A stretch of 64,000 nucleotides of DNA, from IMG/VR virus record IMGVR_UViG_3300007538_000001. One strand, written 5' to 3'. The position numbers and the translations under genes were made by a program. Position 1 is the first letter of the stretch; each line of letters begins with the position of its first letter. The notes beneath the pieces are model-generated. The model ran no database searches. It was not told the origin of the DNA and saw only the letters and a list, made by a program, of their open reading frames with translations. This document shows positions 1 to 9,002 of this stretch, one piece after another. Origin of the DNA: an uncultured virus (IMG/VR IMGVR_UViG_3300007538_000001). Taxonomy: Duplodnaviria; Heunggongvirae; Uroviricota; Caudoviricetes; Crassvirales.

Positions 1-306
1 ATTGTTTTAGATAGTTTAGTTTTAAAATCATCGAGCATTATGATGATGGGAGCTGAATATACATTATCAGAGATTGCAGTAGCCGCAGCTTGTATAGTTG
101 AAATTTATAGTATATATGAAAATATGGAAGCTGTAAGTGGAAGAAATATGTTAAAAAAAGTACAATTTCTTTTTCCAGAATGGTTAAAGAAACTGTTAGA
201 AAACAAACCAAAAATAAATGTGGAGACTGCTATTAATATTCATCAAGTCATTAAAGAGGAAGAATCCAAAGAAGACAACAACAAGTCAACCCCTGAAGAA
301 AGATAA
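1..306 (+). CDS. Putative holin, 5'-truncated by the window edge
   Basis: Frame 1 is open from base 1 (IVLDSLVLKSSSIMMM...). A hydrophobic segment is followed by VEIYSIYENMEAVSG, resembling the E-x-x-S-I-x-E-N motif of holin_4-type holins, then a charged C-terminal tail. It lies directly upstream of the endolysin. Confidence 0.65.
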   Translation: MVLDSLVLKSSSIMMMGAEYTLSEIAVAAACIVEIYSIYENMEAVSGRNMLKKVQFLFPEWLKKLLENKPKINVETAINIHQVIKEEESKEDNNKSTPEER

Positions 307-319
307 AATAGAAAAGAAT

Positions 320-793
320 ATGGGATTCAAATTTAGCAACAATAGCGCTTCTAAATTAGCTACATGTCATGTAGATATACAAAAGGTTTTAAACCTTGCA
401 ATATCTAGAAGTAATGTAGACTTCGGAATAGCAGAAGGATATAGGACTGTTGAGACTCAGCAATCATATTACGCGATAGGTAGAACAATACAGCTACATA
501 GAGGAACAATAACTAATGTAGATGGTATTGTAAAGAAAGGTAAACATAATTACAATCCATCACAAGCAGTTGATATTTATGTGTGGCACGATGATGCTGA
601 TACTAGAAAGAAAATATCATACGATGGAATGCACTTAGCATATGTTGCGGGAATTATAGATTCTTGCGCAAGAGAATTAAAAGATAAGGGAGAAATTACA
701 CATAACATAAGATGGGGAGGAAATTGGGATTCAGATGGTATAATTATATTTGATCAGAGTTTGGATGATATGCCACATTTTGAAATAAAATAA
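320..793 (+). CDS. Endolysin, M15-family (L-Ala-D-Glu-type) Zn peptidase
   Basis: Likely start is MGFKFSNNS at ATG 320. Motifs: EGYRT..Q...YA.GRT, H......AVDI, RWGGNW and D.PHFE. Confidence 0.88.
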   Translation: MGFKFSNNSASKLATCHVDIQKVLNLAISRSNVDFGIAEGYRTVETQQSYYAIGRTIQLHRGTITNVDGIVKKGKHNYNPSQAVDIYVWHDDADTRKKISYDGMHLAYVAGIIDSCARELKDKGEITHNIRWGGNWDSDGIIIFDQSLDDMPHFEIK

Positions 794-794
794 A

Positions 795-1439
795 ATGGAG
801 AAGATAAAAAATTATGTAATAGTAGGGTTGGTCATTGCTTTAGCAGTAATGATTTATATTAATACTAGGCCGGAGCCAATTCCAGATCCTATTACAATTA
901 CTATTCCTGGATCATCAGGATCTTCAGGAGTTGTTAACATTGATAATGATAATGATTCTATTCCTGATCCGGAAGTTATTGAGGTGCCTGTATACATAAA
1001 AGGAGACACTGAGATTATAGTTGATCAAGAATACAAGAATAAGTACGAAAAAGCTATAAAGGAGAAGGATAGTATTGAGGCTCGTAATCTATACTTAGAA
1101 TCTATTCAGATTAAAGAGTACAATGAGGTTGCTATTGATAACGACACTATAAAGGTTGACTTGTACGCTAAGACGCGCGGGTCATTATTAGCCTACCGTG
1201 TTAATTATGATATTAAAGAGAAAAAATTTACATACACTCCAGAAGTAATGCATGTTAGACCAAAGATGACAGTGCTAACTGGATTAGAATTAGTTTTACC
1301 ACCAACAGGAACAAGTCAGCCTGATATTAAGTTTGATTTATACTTTCAAACACAGAATGGAAACGCTTGGGGAGGCGGTATAGACACTCAAGGAAACAAG
1401 TATATTGGCTTTAAAAAGTCATGGACAATACTAAAATAG
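795..1439 (+). CDS. Membrane-anchored lysis accessory (spanin-like) protein
   Basis: It has an N-terminal TM helix (YVIVGLVIALAVMIYI), a Pro-rich linker, a helical segment and a beta-rich C-terminus. It is the third gene of the lysis cassette. Confidence 0.5.
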   Translation: MEKIKNYVIVGLVIALAVMIYINTRPEPIPDPITITIPGSSGSSGVVNIDNDNDSIPDPEVIEVPVYIKGDTEIIVDQEYKNKYEKAIKEKDSIEARNLYLESIQIKEYNEVAIDNDTIKVDLYAKTRGSLLAYRVNYDIKEKKFTYTPEVMHVRPKMTVLTGLELVLPPTGTSQPDIKFDLYFQTQNGNAWGGGIDTQGNKYIGFKKSWTILK

Positions 1440-1526
1440 TAACGTTTTAGCTATAATGCGTGCTATAAAAACAGTGATTGATTGCGTATTTTCGCATGTA
1501 AGGAGAATTATTATATATAATAAACA

Positions 1527-2624
1527 ATGGAAGGATTAACATTAAATGATCTTGCTTTTGATGACAACAGTACAGACGGACTGTTTGAAGAGTTTACAAC
1601 TGCAAGTGACAAAGAATTAGAAGACTTAGGCAAGGCCCAAGACTCAAAAGAAAAAAATAAACCCACTGGTGAGGATCAAGATGATTCAGAGAGCGTAGCT
1701 AAGGGAAAAGAAACACAAGTTCAGGGAGGTAAAACTTCAGGTGATGATGCGGGAAGCAATTCTTCCTCTCCTAAACCGAATGATACTGAACAGCTTTATT
1801 CAAACCTAGCTAACCAATTCAAAACTAGCGGAGTTTTACCTGGACTTGAAGATACAGCAAGTATTAAATCGTTAGAAGATTTAAATGCTGCAATTCAAAA
1901 AGAAGTGGATTCGAGATTGACTGTTACACAAAAAACAATCAAAGAAGCTTCAGAAGCTGGCTTAGATGCCACAGCAGTTTCGAAACAACTTAACGTTGTA
2001 GAGAAATTAAAAGGAGTTTCAGATGAATATATTGAATCTGATGCAAACTTAGAATTCCGTAAAGGAGTTATTGCTCAAGATTTCTTGAGTAGAGGATACA
2101 ATAAAGAAAGAGCTGATATTTTAGCTCAAAGAAGTATTGATTCCGGATCTGATATAGAAGATGCTAAATTAGCATTATCATCTATTATCGGAATAGAAGA
2201 AAAGAAAATAGCTGATGCAATCCAAGCAGCTAAAGATGACGAGAAAAATTCTATCAATGACATTAAGTCTCATCTTGAAAAAACTGAAGAAATAGTTCCT
2301 GGTATTAAACTCAACAAAGAACAAAGAGATGAGTTATATAAACAGATGACTACTGATTTAGGGAATAAGGAAAATGCTTTCATTAAAGCTCAAAAACAAG
2401 ATCCTATTGGATCTCGTATTAAGTTAGAAGCAATTTTCTTTGTAACAAAGGGATTAACTGATTTCTCAGTATTTGGTAATGCTAAAGAAACAGATATCTC
2501 TAAAAATATTGAAACTCTCTTAAGAGGAGCTGATTTCACTGAAAATGGACGCATCAACACAGATGTACCGGATGATGATGGAACTTTTACATTAGCTGAT
2601 CTTAAAGATTTACAAATAGAATAG
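1527..2624 (+). CDS. Acidic capsid-assembly (scaffold-like) protein
   Basis: Very acidic, disordered N-terminus and helical remainder. It sits immediately upstream of the MCP, as in crAss-like phages. Confidence 0.65.
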   Translation: MEGLTLNDLAFDDNSTDGLFEEFTTASDKELEDLGKAQDSKEKNKPTGEDQDDSESVAKGKETQVQGGKTSGDDAGSNSSSPKPNDTEQLYSNLANQFKTSGVLPGLEDTASIKSLEDLNAAIQKEVDSRLTVTQKTIKEASEAGLDATAVSKQLNVVEKLKGVSDEYIESDANLEFRKGVIAQDFLSRGYNKERADILAQRSIDSGSDIEDAKLALSSIIGIEEKKIADAIQAAKDDEKNSINDIKSHLEKTEEIVPGIKLNKEQRDELYKQMTTDLGNKENAFIKAQKQDPIGSRIKLEAIFFVTKGLTDFSVFGNAKETDISKNIETLLRGADFTENGRINTDVPDDDGTFTLADLKDLQIE

Positions 2625-2650
2625 TAACAACTTTTTTAAACAATTAATAA

Positions 2651-4150
2651 ATGCAATTAGGTAGATTTCAGGTAACTGACGCAAAAGCTTTTGCAGGAAT
2701 GATAAATCCAGAGAACACTTTAGGTGCAATTTGGAAAGCAGCTCCTCAAAAGATCAATGACGCTATGATCAAACTTTTAGCTATCCATAGAGGTAAATCT
2801 CTTGAGAATATGCTAAACATGTTTGAGACTAAGTATGTAGAAAATGACAATGAATTCTATTGGGAACTTATAGGTAGCTCTCGTAGAAATATTCCATTGT
2901 TCGAAGCACGCTATAAAGGTGCAGCAGTAACATCAGGAACCAACAACGTTGGTGAAGGTGGAACAACTTTCGAATTAGCTTTCCCAGAACAATGGTTCTT
3001 CAAAGGTGAGATAATCGTAGGTGAGAAAAATGAGGTATATCCTATCCGAGTAATTGATGATGGCCAAGCAGAAGGTAACCTTTGGGTTTACACTTGTGAA
3101 ACAGCTGGATCAAGCAGAGATGGTATCCCAGGTGAAGAATTAGTATCAGGTAAAAGATTCAACGAAGAGTTCGCTCCAGTTGGAAAAGGTCTTTCCAGAG
3201 AAGTAGGTGGAGTTCGTAGAGTTACTCCTGTTTCTATGAGAGGTGAGTTAACCACTATTAGAATTGACCACAAATTACCAGGTGATGCAACAGGCAAGAA
3301 AGTAGTTATGGGTATTCCTGTACTTACTAAGTCTGGTGAGAAAAAAGTTTTCCCAACATTAGCTCTTTACGAAGACTGGTTGGTTGAGCAAGAATTCTCA
3401 ATGTACAAAAACAAATATTTGCTTTATGGTAAATCTAACAGAACTGCTGATGGTGAATACCACAACAAAGATGTATCTGGAAGATCTATCAAAATCGGAT
3501 CTGGTATCCGTGAGCAAATGGAGCAATCAAATACTTACTACTACAATGACTTCTCTATCGAGATGTTAGAAGAAATCCTTTTCGGATTATCTGAAGGTAA
3601 ATTAGGATTTGACCAACGTGTATTCATCTTGAGAACAGGTGAAAGAGGTGCCGCTGAATTCCACAAAGCTGTCTTACAGACAACTTCAGGATGGGCAACT
3701 AACGTATCTACTCCAGGAACCAACGCTCAAACTGTAAGTTCAACTACTTCTCCATTACATAGTAATGCCATGAAGGCTGGATTCCAGTTCACTGAGTACA
3801 TGGCGCCAAACGGTGTAACAGTTAAATTAGAGGTTGATGACTTCTATGATGACAAAGTACGTAACACAATACGTATCCCAGGAAGTAATGGTGTAGCTGA
3901 ATCTTATAGATTCGATATATTCTACATCGGAACTCCAGAAGAGCCAAATATCCAAACTGTGAAAGTTAAAGGTAAAGAAGAAATCAGAGGTTACCAATGG
4001 GGCTTCAGAAATCCTTTCACCGGAGCTATCAACAATGGTAACATGGGTACTTTAGAGGATGCTGGTACAATCACTAAGTTCTGTCAGTTAGGTGTCGTAG
4101 TTTACGATCCAACTAGAACAGCGCAATTGATACCTTACGTATTAGCGTAA
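2651..4150 (+). CDS. Major capsid protein (crAss-like, HK97 fold)
   Basis: 499 aa, with WELIG..RRNIPL, EQWF..GE.I.GE, LLYGKSN, G.GIREQ.E and TGERG...FH segments typical of crAss-like MCPs. A strong terminator follows. Confidence 0.9.
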   Translation: MQLGRFQVTDAKAFAGMINPENTLGAIWKAAPQKINDAMIKLLAIHRGKSLENMLNMFETKYVENDNEFYWELIGSSRRNIPLFEARYKGAAVTSGTNNVGEGGTTFELAFPEQWFFKGEIIVGEKNEVYPIRVIDDGQAEGNLWVYTCETAGSSRDGIPGEELVSGKRFNEEFAPVGKGLSREVGGVRRVTPVSMRGELTTIRIDHKLPGDATGKKVVMGIPVLTKSGEKKVFPTLALYEDWLVEQEFSMYKNKYLLYGKSNRTADGEYHNKDVSGRSIKIGSGIREQMEQSNTYYYNDFSIEMLEEILFGLSEGKLGFDQRVFILRTGERGAAEFHKAVLQTTSGWATNVSTPGTNAQTVSSTTSPLHSNAMKAGFQFTEYMAPNGVTVKLEVDDFYDDKVRNTIRIPGSNGVAESYRFDIFYIGTPEEPNIQTVKVKGKEEIRGYQWGFRNPFTGAINNGNMGTLEDAGTITKFCQLGVVVYDPTRTAQLIPYVLA

Positions 4151-4165
4151 TAGTTTTATAATAAT

Positions 4166-4191
4166 CCCTCTCTTCGGAGAGGGCATTATTT
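4166..4191 (+). terminator. Intrinsic terminator after the MCP gene
   Basis: CCCTCTC-TTCG-GAGAGGG hairpin (cUUCGg tetraloop) followed by an A/T-rich tail. Confidence 0.8.
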
Positions 4192-4277
4192 AAGTTTTAG
4201 TGGAATATTGAACTTTATCAAATCCACATTATTATAAGGAGAATTAGGAAGAATTATTTATATTAAATTTAGGAAGA

Positions 4278-5174
4278 ATGAGCGCGAAAGCAAAAGTATC
4301 AGAAGATGCTGTTAAGGATACAACTCCTGTAACAGATTTTTTAAGGAATGAAACAGTGACTGTTAAGTATTTAGTAAAGACTAGTACTAACATCAAGGAT
4401 CCAAAGCATGTTGGCTATGGAGGATTATTTAACGGAACAGAGATAGCAATACCTGCTCCGACGTTGGACAATAAGAAGATGAAAAATGTTCTTACCAACA
4501 AAGAGAAAGAAGGATTAGAATTCGTATTAGGTGGAGTTAATCTATCTATTTATTCAGACTTCTGGAAAGAAAGTAATAAGGAGAATGGTATTTTCCCAAT
4601 TTACTTAGGAAAAGATGATATGGTATTGGATCTTTCTGATCCGTATGATTATATCAGATATAAAGTCTTAAAAGTTAGTCCTTTAGTGGCTGGTAGCCTT
4701 GACGAAATTAGAGACAAAGCTACTTATAGGTTTGTATTAGTTGCAGAAGGAGAGCAAACTTTAAAAGACAAAGCTGCTGTTGGAAACAAAGTATTAGCAT
4801 TTGAAAAATATGTTGAATACAAGAACAACAAAGCTGTATTGAGATACATCTTGAGAAACTTAGGTAGATACACTGCTAAGAATCAGAAATTAGATTTCTT
4901 ACAGATTGAAACTGCTAAGATGATTGAAGCAGATCCTAACTTGTTCGTAGCAATTACGAATGACAAATTCATCACAACTAAGGTTCTTATTGAAGAGTGC
5001 CATGAGCACAATGTGATTGATAAGAAAGACAAGAAGTTCTATACTAAAGAAGGAGAGCCACTTTCTGAGGGAGATACTCCAACGTTAGAAGTAGCGGCGG
5101 CATATCTTGCAAGTCCACTAGGACAAGAGATGAGGTTGACTTTAGAAGCAAAATTAAAGAATACTAGAGAGTAA
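4278..5174 (+). CDS. Conserved crAss-like morphogenesis protein following the MCP
   Basis: LDLSDP.DYI.YKVL segment; conserved position downstream of the MCP. Confidence 0.65.
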   Translation: MSAKAKVSEDAVKDTTPVTDFLRNETVTVKYLVKTSTNIKDPKHVGYGGLFNGTEIAIPAPTLDNKKMKNVLTNKEKEGLEFVLGGVNLSIYSDFWKESNKENGIFPIYLGKDDMVLDLSDPYDYIRYKVLKVSPLVAGSLDEIRDKATYRFVLVAEGEQTLKDKAAVGNKVLAFEKYVEYKNNKAVLRYILRNLGRYTAKNQKLDFLQIETAKMIEADPNLFVAITNDKFITTKVLIEECHEHNVIDKKDKKFYTKEGEPLSEGDTPTLEVAAAYLASPLGQEMRLTLEAKLKNTRE

Positions 5175-5178
5175 TTAA

Positions 5179-5919
5179 ATGACAGTAGCAGAATTCAGAT
5201 CAGAATTTGACTTACTATATAATAACACATTAGGAGAAGGTGCACCGGGTCTTGATAATTATGAAAGATCCGTGTATCTAACCACAGCGCAAGAAGAGTT
5301 GGTAAAGTCATTATATACAGGAGGCAATCCTTCAAGACAAAGTTTTGAGGATTCTGAACACCAGAGAAGAGCTCTTAATGAGTTAGTGAAAGATTACAAA
5401 GCAACTGATGTTGTTGCCTCAAATAGAGGTTTAGTGGAAGACTCTAAGATGTTTTCTCTACCAAATGACATTATGTTCATTGTTGCTGAAACAGCTACAA
5501 TATCTAGCTCAGTATCATGCTTGAACGGAAAAGTAGTGATAGTAAAGCCAATAACTCACGATGAGTTTATGGTAAGTTATAAAAATCCTTTCAGAAAACC
5601 TAACACAAATAAAGTGTTTAGAGTTGATATTTCTAAAGAAAATAGCTCAAATACTGTTGAATTAGTGTCTTCTGAAAATTTAAGTCAATATAATATAAGG
5701 TACGTAAAGTACCCTAACCCAATCATCCTCAGTAATTTAACTACTGATACACAAGTTGGAGGATTAGGTTTAACAATAAATGGTGCAACAAGTGTTGCAG
5801 GATCCGAATTAAATTCGTATCTTCACCGTGAGATTGTAAATAGAGCAGTGGAATTAGCTGTAAGAGATTACAGAGAAAACACACTACAAACTAGAATACA
5901 AACAAATAATAGAGTATAA
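5179..5919 (+). CDS. Tail ring/adaptor protein
   Basis: MT..EF..EFDLLYNN....APGL..YE.SVYLT.AQEE N-terminus, plus Y.IRYVK.P.PIIL and LH.EIV.RAVELA segments, typical of crAss-like ring proteins. Confidence 0.75.
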   Translation: MTVAEFRSEFDLLYNNTLGEGAPGLDNYERSVYLTTAQEELVKSLYTGGNPSRQSFEDSEHQRRALNELVKDYKATDVVASNRGLVEDSKMFSLPNDIMFIVAETATISSSVSCLNGKVVIVKPITHDEFMVSYKNPFRKPNTNKVFRVDISKENSSNTVELVSSENLSQYNIRYVKYPNPIILSNLTTDTQVGGLGLTINGATSVAGSELNSYLHREIVNRAVELAVRDYRENTLQTRIQTNNRV

Positions 5920-5939
5920 ATTAAAAACAATTAAACATT

Positions 5940-6905
5940 ATGGGATTAGCTGGGCAAAACCAAGTTAGACATTTTTATTCAGGATTAGCCACTCCTGGAC
6001 ACACAAGTATTACAGCTTTAAAAGCTGGAACTGCTGGAGACATCGTAGTATTATCTGCTGATGGAACTGACGTTGCAGCAAACACAGCTTGTAAGCTTTA
6101 CAAGAAAAACGCAGCAGGTAACATTGTTGCATCAGACACAATCAAACCAGGAAACTTAATCTATGCAAAAGCAATAGAGTATGTGGCTCCTACGTTAGGT
6201 GTCGTAACATTTAGCGCATTAGCAGCTCCGGTTGTTGGTGAACTAGTAACAGTAGAAATAGTAGTCAAAGGGTTTGGCTCTTATTCTCCTGAAGACGAAT
6301 ATGTAAAGAAAGCTTTTTACAAAGTAGTTACTGGTGATAATCGGGAAGCTGTTGTAGATGGGCTTATTACATCATTAAATCGTAATTTCTCACGTGAGGT
6401 TGGAGCAACTGCTTCTACAAATCCTTACTTTACTTTTACTAAAACAGGAGCTACAACTACTGCCGCTTTAGTAATTACTGAGAAAGATCAAGTTGACAAC
6501 TATGTTGTTGGTAAGAAAGAGAAAACAAACATTGATTTCTATGCTGATTTAAAGATGACAACTTTACCTACTAAAACTGTTGTTGCATCTGACCCTGGAA
6601 TTGGATCAGGTAAAACAGTAGCTTCTATGGAATGGTATTTAAAAGGTGAAAGAAATGATTTCTACCGTGAGGCTGGATATCCACACAACTTTGAGAATAC
6701 TTATGAAACTAGTAAGACTGGAACTTACAATATTATCGAACTTGCGTACTTTGATGAAGGACGTGATGAAGCTAAGAAAAGTAAGAAACAAATTACTATC
6801 GCTATTCCTTACACTAACCTAGCTGGCCAAGCCGCTACAAACGTGTTGATTAATGACTTAAACACAGCTTTAAGCGCAGGAATGACTACATTTGCAGTAG
6901 CGTAA
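5940..6905 (+). CDS. Auxiliary capsid (decoration) protein
   Basis: QNQVRH.Y start, G.GK.VA.MEW...GER.D.YR segment and K.S.K.ITI near the C-terminus. A terminator follows, suggesting a high-copy protein. Confidence 0.7.
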   Translation: MGLAGQNQVRHFYSGLATPGHTSITALKAGTAGDIVVLSADGTDVAANTACKLYKKNAAGNIVASDTIKPGNLIYAKAIEYVAPTLGVVTFSALAAPVVGELVTVEIVVKGFGSYSPEDEYVKKAFYKVVTGDNREAVVDGLITSLNRNFSREVGATASTNPYFTFTKTGATTTAALVITEKDQVDNYVVGKKEKTNIDFYADLKMTTLPTKTVVASDPGIGSGKTVASMEWYLKGERNDFYREAGYPHNFENTYETSKTGTYNIIELAYFDEGRDEAKKSKKQITIAIPYTNLAGQAATNVLINDLNTALSAGMTTFAVA

Positions 6906-6929
6906 TTACTGATTAAAAATCAAATAACC

Positions 6930-6966
6930 AAAAGGGGTAAGGAGTTAATCTCTTTATCCCTTTTTT
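6930..6966 (+). terminator. Intrinsic terminator
   Basis: AAAAGGGGTAAGGAG-TTAAT-CTCTTTATCCC-TTTTTT hairpin (with G-U pairs) and a U-tract. Confidence 0.75.
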
Positions 6967-6977
6967 AATACAAAGAA

Positions 6978-7550
6978 ATGGCTATAACAGTTAATACATT
7001 TTTAGTTTCTAATGACAAGACAACAATAACAGTTGTACTTGATGCAGGTGTCGGTAATTTAATTACAGGAGCTACTCTGTGGACAGAAGCTACATATAAA
7101 GATCCTAATAATGGAGTTGATTTATCTTCATTGTTGTCAGGGATTAATAATAATGAATCATTTACTATTACCACTGCAATTGCAGGTGTTGATAGTTTCG
7201 AGGGTATTTACTTCGGAGAATTCACATCAAATGAACCAGACGCAGCTATTGTTGCTACGGCTCCTATGGCCAAATACTATGCTGTAATGGCTAAGCTATT
7301 AGCTGAGGTTGACCTATCATGCTTGAATTGTAATGAGAATTTTCAAAACGCGCTCTTACTAGACTTATATGTTGAATCAATGAAGAATGCCTTACAACTA
7401 GGTAGATTTCAAGATGCAATTACATTCCTAGATAGAGTTAACCTATACACATCAACATCATGTGATTCTTGCGATAGTATAAATCCAGTAGTTTCATCTG
7501 CCGGAAGTATAGTTTCAATAGGTGTTATTGATTGTGTCTTAACAGTTTAA
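6978..7550 (+). CDS. Putative tail hub/collar protein A
   Basis: Synteny after the auxiliary capsid gene; beta-rich N-terminus and helical C-terminus with CxxC motifs (CLNC, CDSC). Confidence 0.5.
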   Translation: MAITVNTFLVSNDKTTITVVLDAGVGNLITGATLWTEATYKDPNNGVDLSSLLSGINNNESFTITTAIAGVDSFEGIYFGEFTSNEPDAAIVATAPMAKYYAVMAKLLAEVDLSCLNCNENFQNALLLDLYVESMKNALQLGRFQDAITFLDRVNLYTSTSCDSCDSINPVVSSAGSIVSIGVIDCVLTV

Positions 7551-7554
7551 TAAT

Positions 7555-8511
7555 ATGACAGATAATAATGCAAATGTATTCGTATCATCAATGCTACGAA
7601 TAGACAAAAGATTTAAGTTTTATGGAGCTGGCTCAATAGCCAACATTTCATTACTTAAAATGATATATAAATACGCTTGCTATTCTGATACGTATGTTAC
7701 TCTTCAAAAGCTAGACGTAATGGTTAGTCTTCTTCAACAAAAAGATCCAGATATCTGTATGAACACAATTAATGTGACAGGATCAGGTTTCTTCCCAGAA
7801 GATTCACCAGTAGTTGATATACCTGATAACGCAAGTAATACAGCTCCAACAATAAGTGCCAACACTATTACAGTGCCTGAGGCCATATATACATTTGCTG
7901 CTTCAGAATTCTTAGTTGGATTCGCTGATGCTGATGGTGATGGTAGTGGAAATATAGTTATAAAAACTTTACCCGGGGCCGGTACATTAAAATTAAGTGG
8001 AGTTGCAGTGACTGCTGGCCAGGTGATAACACAGGCTAATATTTTAAACTTAACGTATACAAGAAACGTAGATACAGCTTATGGAACTTCATTCACTTGG
8101 AGTGTATATGACAACAATCAGAATCCTATGCAATCTTCTCCAGCTACAATGACAGTTACAGTTCTATCTAATACAGAGAATGCTACTGCTGTGATAGGTG
8201 ATAATACCATCTATCCTGCAAACAGAGCAATAACAACTCTTACATTAGCTATGTTCACAACTGAGACAACTGATCCTTATTCTGACGCAGAAGGTGATTT
8301 ACTTGCTGCAATTAGAATAGATGAGATTTCATTAGAGAATTCTGGAGTATTTAAGATAGCAGGAACACCAATAGTAGTTGGTGATATAATAACAAGAGCA
8401 CAACTTTCAGCAGGAGATTTTACTCATGAGGGTCCTGATCAAGATTCAGTTAACTCAGATGTATTTGCTTACTCTGCAAGGGATGAAGGTTCTTTAACTT
8501 GGGTTCAATAA
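7555..8511 (+). CDS. Putative tail hub protein B fused to two cadherin-like (Ca-binding Ig-fold) domains
   Basis: Short helical N-terminal domain, then two repeats carrying N.AP, F.DADGD and YSDAEGD..AIRI..I...G.F.I.G..I..G..I motifs. Confidence 0.55.
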   Translation: MTDNNANVFVSSMLRIDKRFKFYGAGSIANISLLKMIYKYACYSDTYVTLQKLDVMVSLLQQKDPDICMNTINVTGSGFFPEDSPVVDIPDNASNTAPTISANTITVPEAIYTFAASEFLVGFADADGDGSGNIVIKTLPGAGTLKLSGVAVTAGQVITQANILNLTYTRNVDTAYGTSFTWSVYDNNQNPMQSSPATMTVTVLSNTENATAVIGDNTIYPANRAITTLTLAMFTTETTDPYSDAEGDLLAAIRIDEISLENSGVFKIAGTPIVVGDIITRAQLSAGDFTHEGPDQDSVNSDVFAYSARDEGSLTWVQ

Positions 8512-8696
8512 TGTTTAGTAGATTAATAACAAGTAGAAAATTATGGGGCGCTCTAATAGGGAGCGCCTGCATAATGATATTAGTAGTAATAACTCCTGAA
8601 AGCTCTATTGGAAATGTAGTAGCAATTGTAGGAGGATTATGGATGGCAGCAATAGGTGGCCAAGCAGTATCTGACGCTTTAAAGAAAAAAGAATAA
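8511..8696 (+). CDS. Small two-TM membrane protein (holin-like)
   Basis: Likely ATG at 8511, overlapping the upstream stop. SRKLW is followed by two hydrophobic helices and a basic tail (LKKKE). Confidence 0.55.
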   Translation: MFSRLITSRKLWGALIGSACIMILVVITPESSIGNVVAIVGGLWMAAIGGQAVSDALKKKE

Positions 8697-8992
8697 TGGC
8701 ATTATTTACAATAACAAATAACGGAGGTAATCTTACAGAATTTAGTGTAAGCGCTATAACTGGTAATGGCTGTGCTTTAGCTGATCTTTCTCCATACAGT
8801 GCGTCGTTATGGCACAATGGGTTTGGTTCATATCCTGTAATAGGTGATATTATTTATACAACTAGTACTGGCGCAACAAAGGCAGTTAGTATTGGAGGCG
8901 TATTCAATGATAGTCATCTTCAAATGGGAAATCTCGAGTATTTAAAAACAGATGCTTCTGGAATAATGGTAGCTTTACGCTGTGAAGCATAA
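8696..8992 (+). CDS. Small beta-rich putative virion appendage protein
   Basis: Translationally coupled ORF with a G.YPVIGDIIYT...G segment. Confidence 0.5.
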   Translation: MALFTITNNGGNLTEFSVSAITGNGCALADLSPYSASLWHNGFGSYPVIGDIIYTTSTGATKAVSIGGVFNDSHLQMGNLEYLKTDASGIMVALRCEA

Positions 8993-9002
8993 AATAAAAA
9001 AA

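Noticed and set aside
218..319. Extended N-terminus of the endolysin (possible signal/SAR sequence)
   Set aside because: It overlaps the holin C-terminus and starts at GTG; ATG 320 after an A-rich leader fits the family start better.
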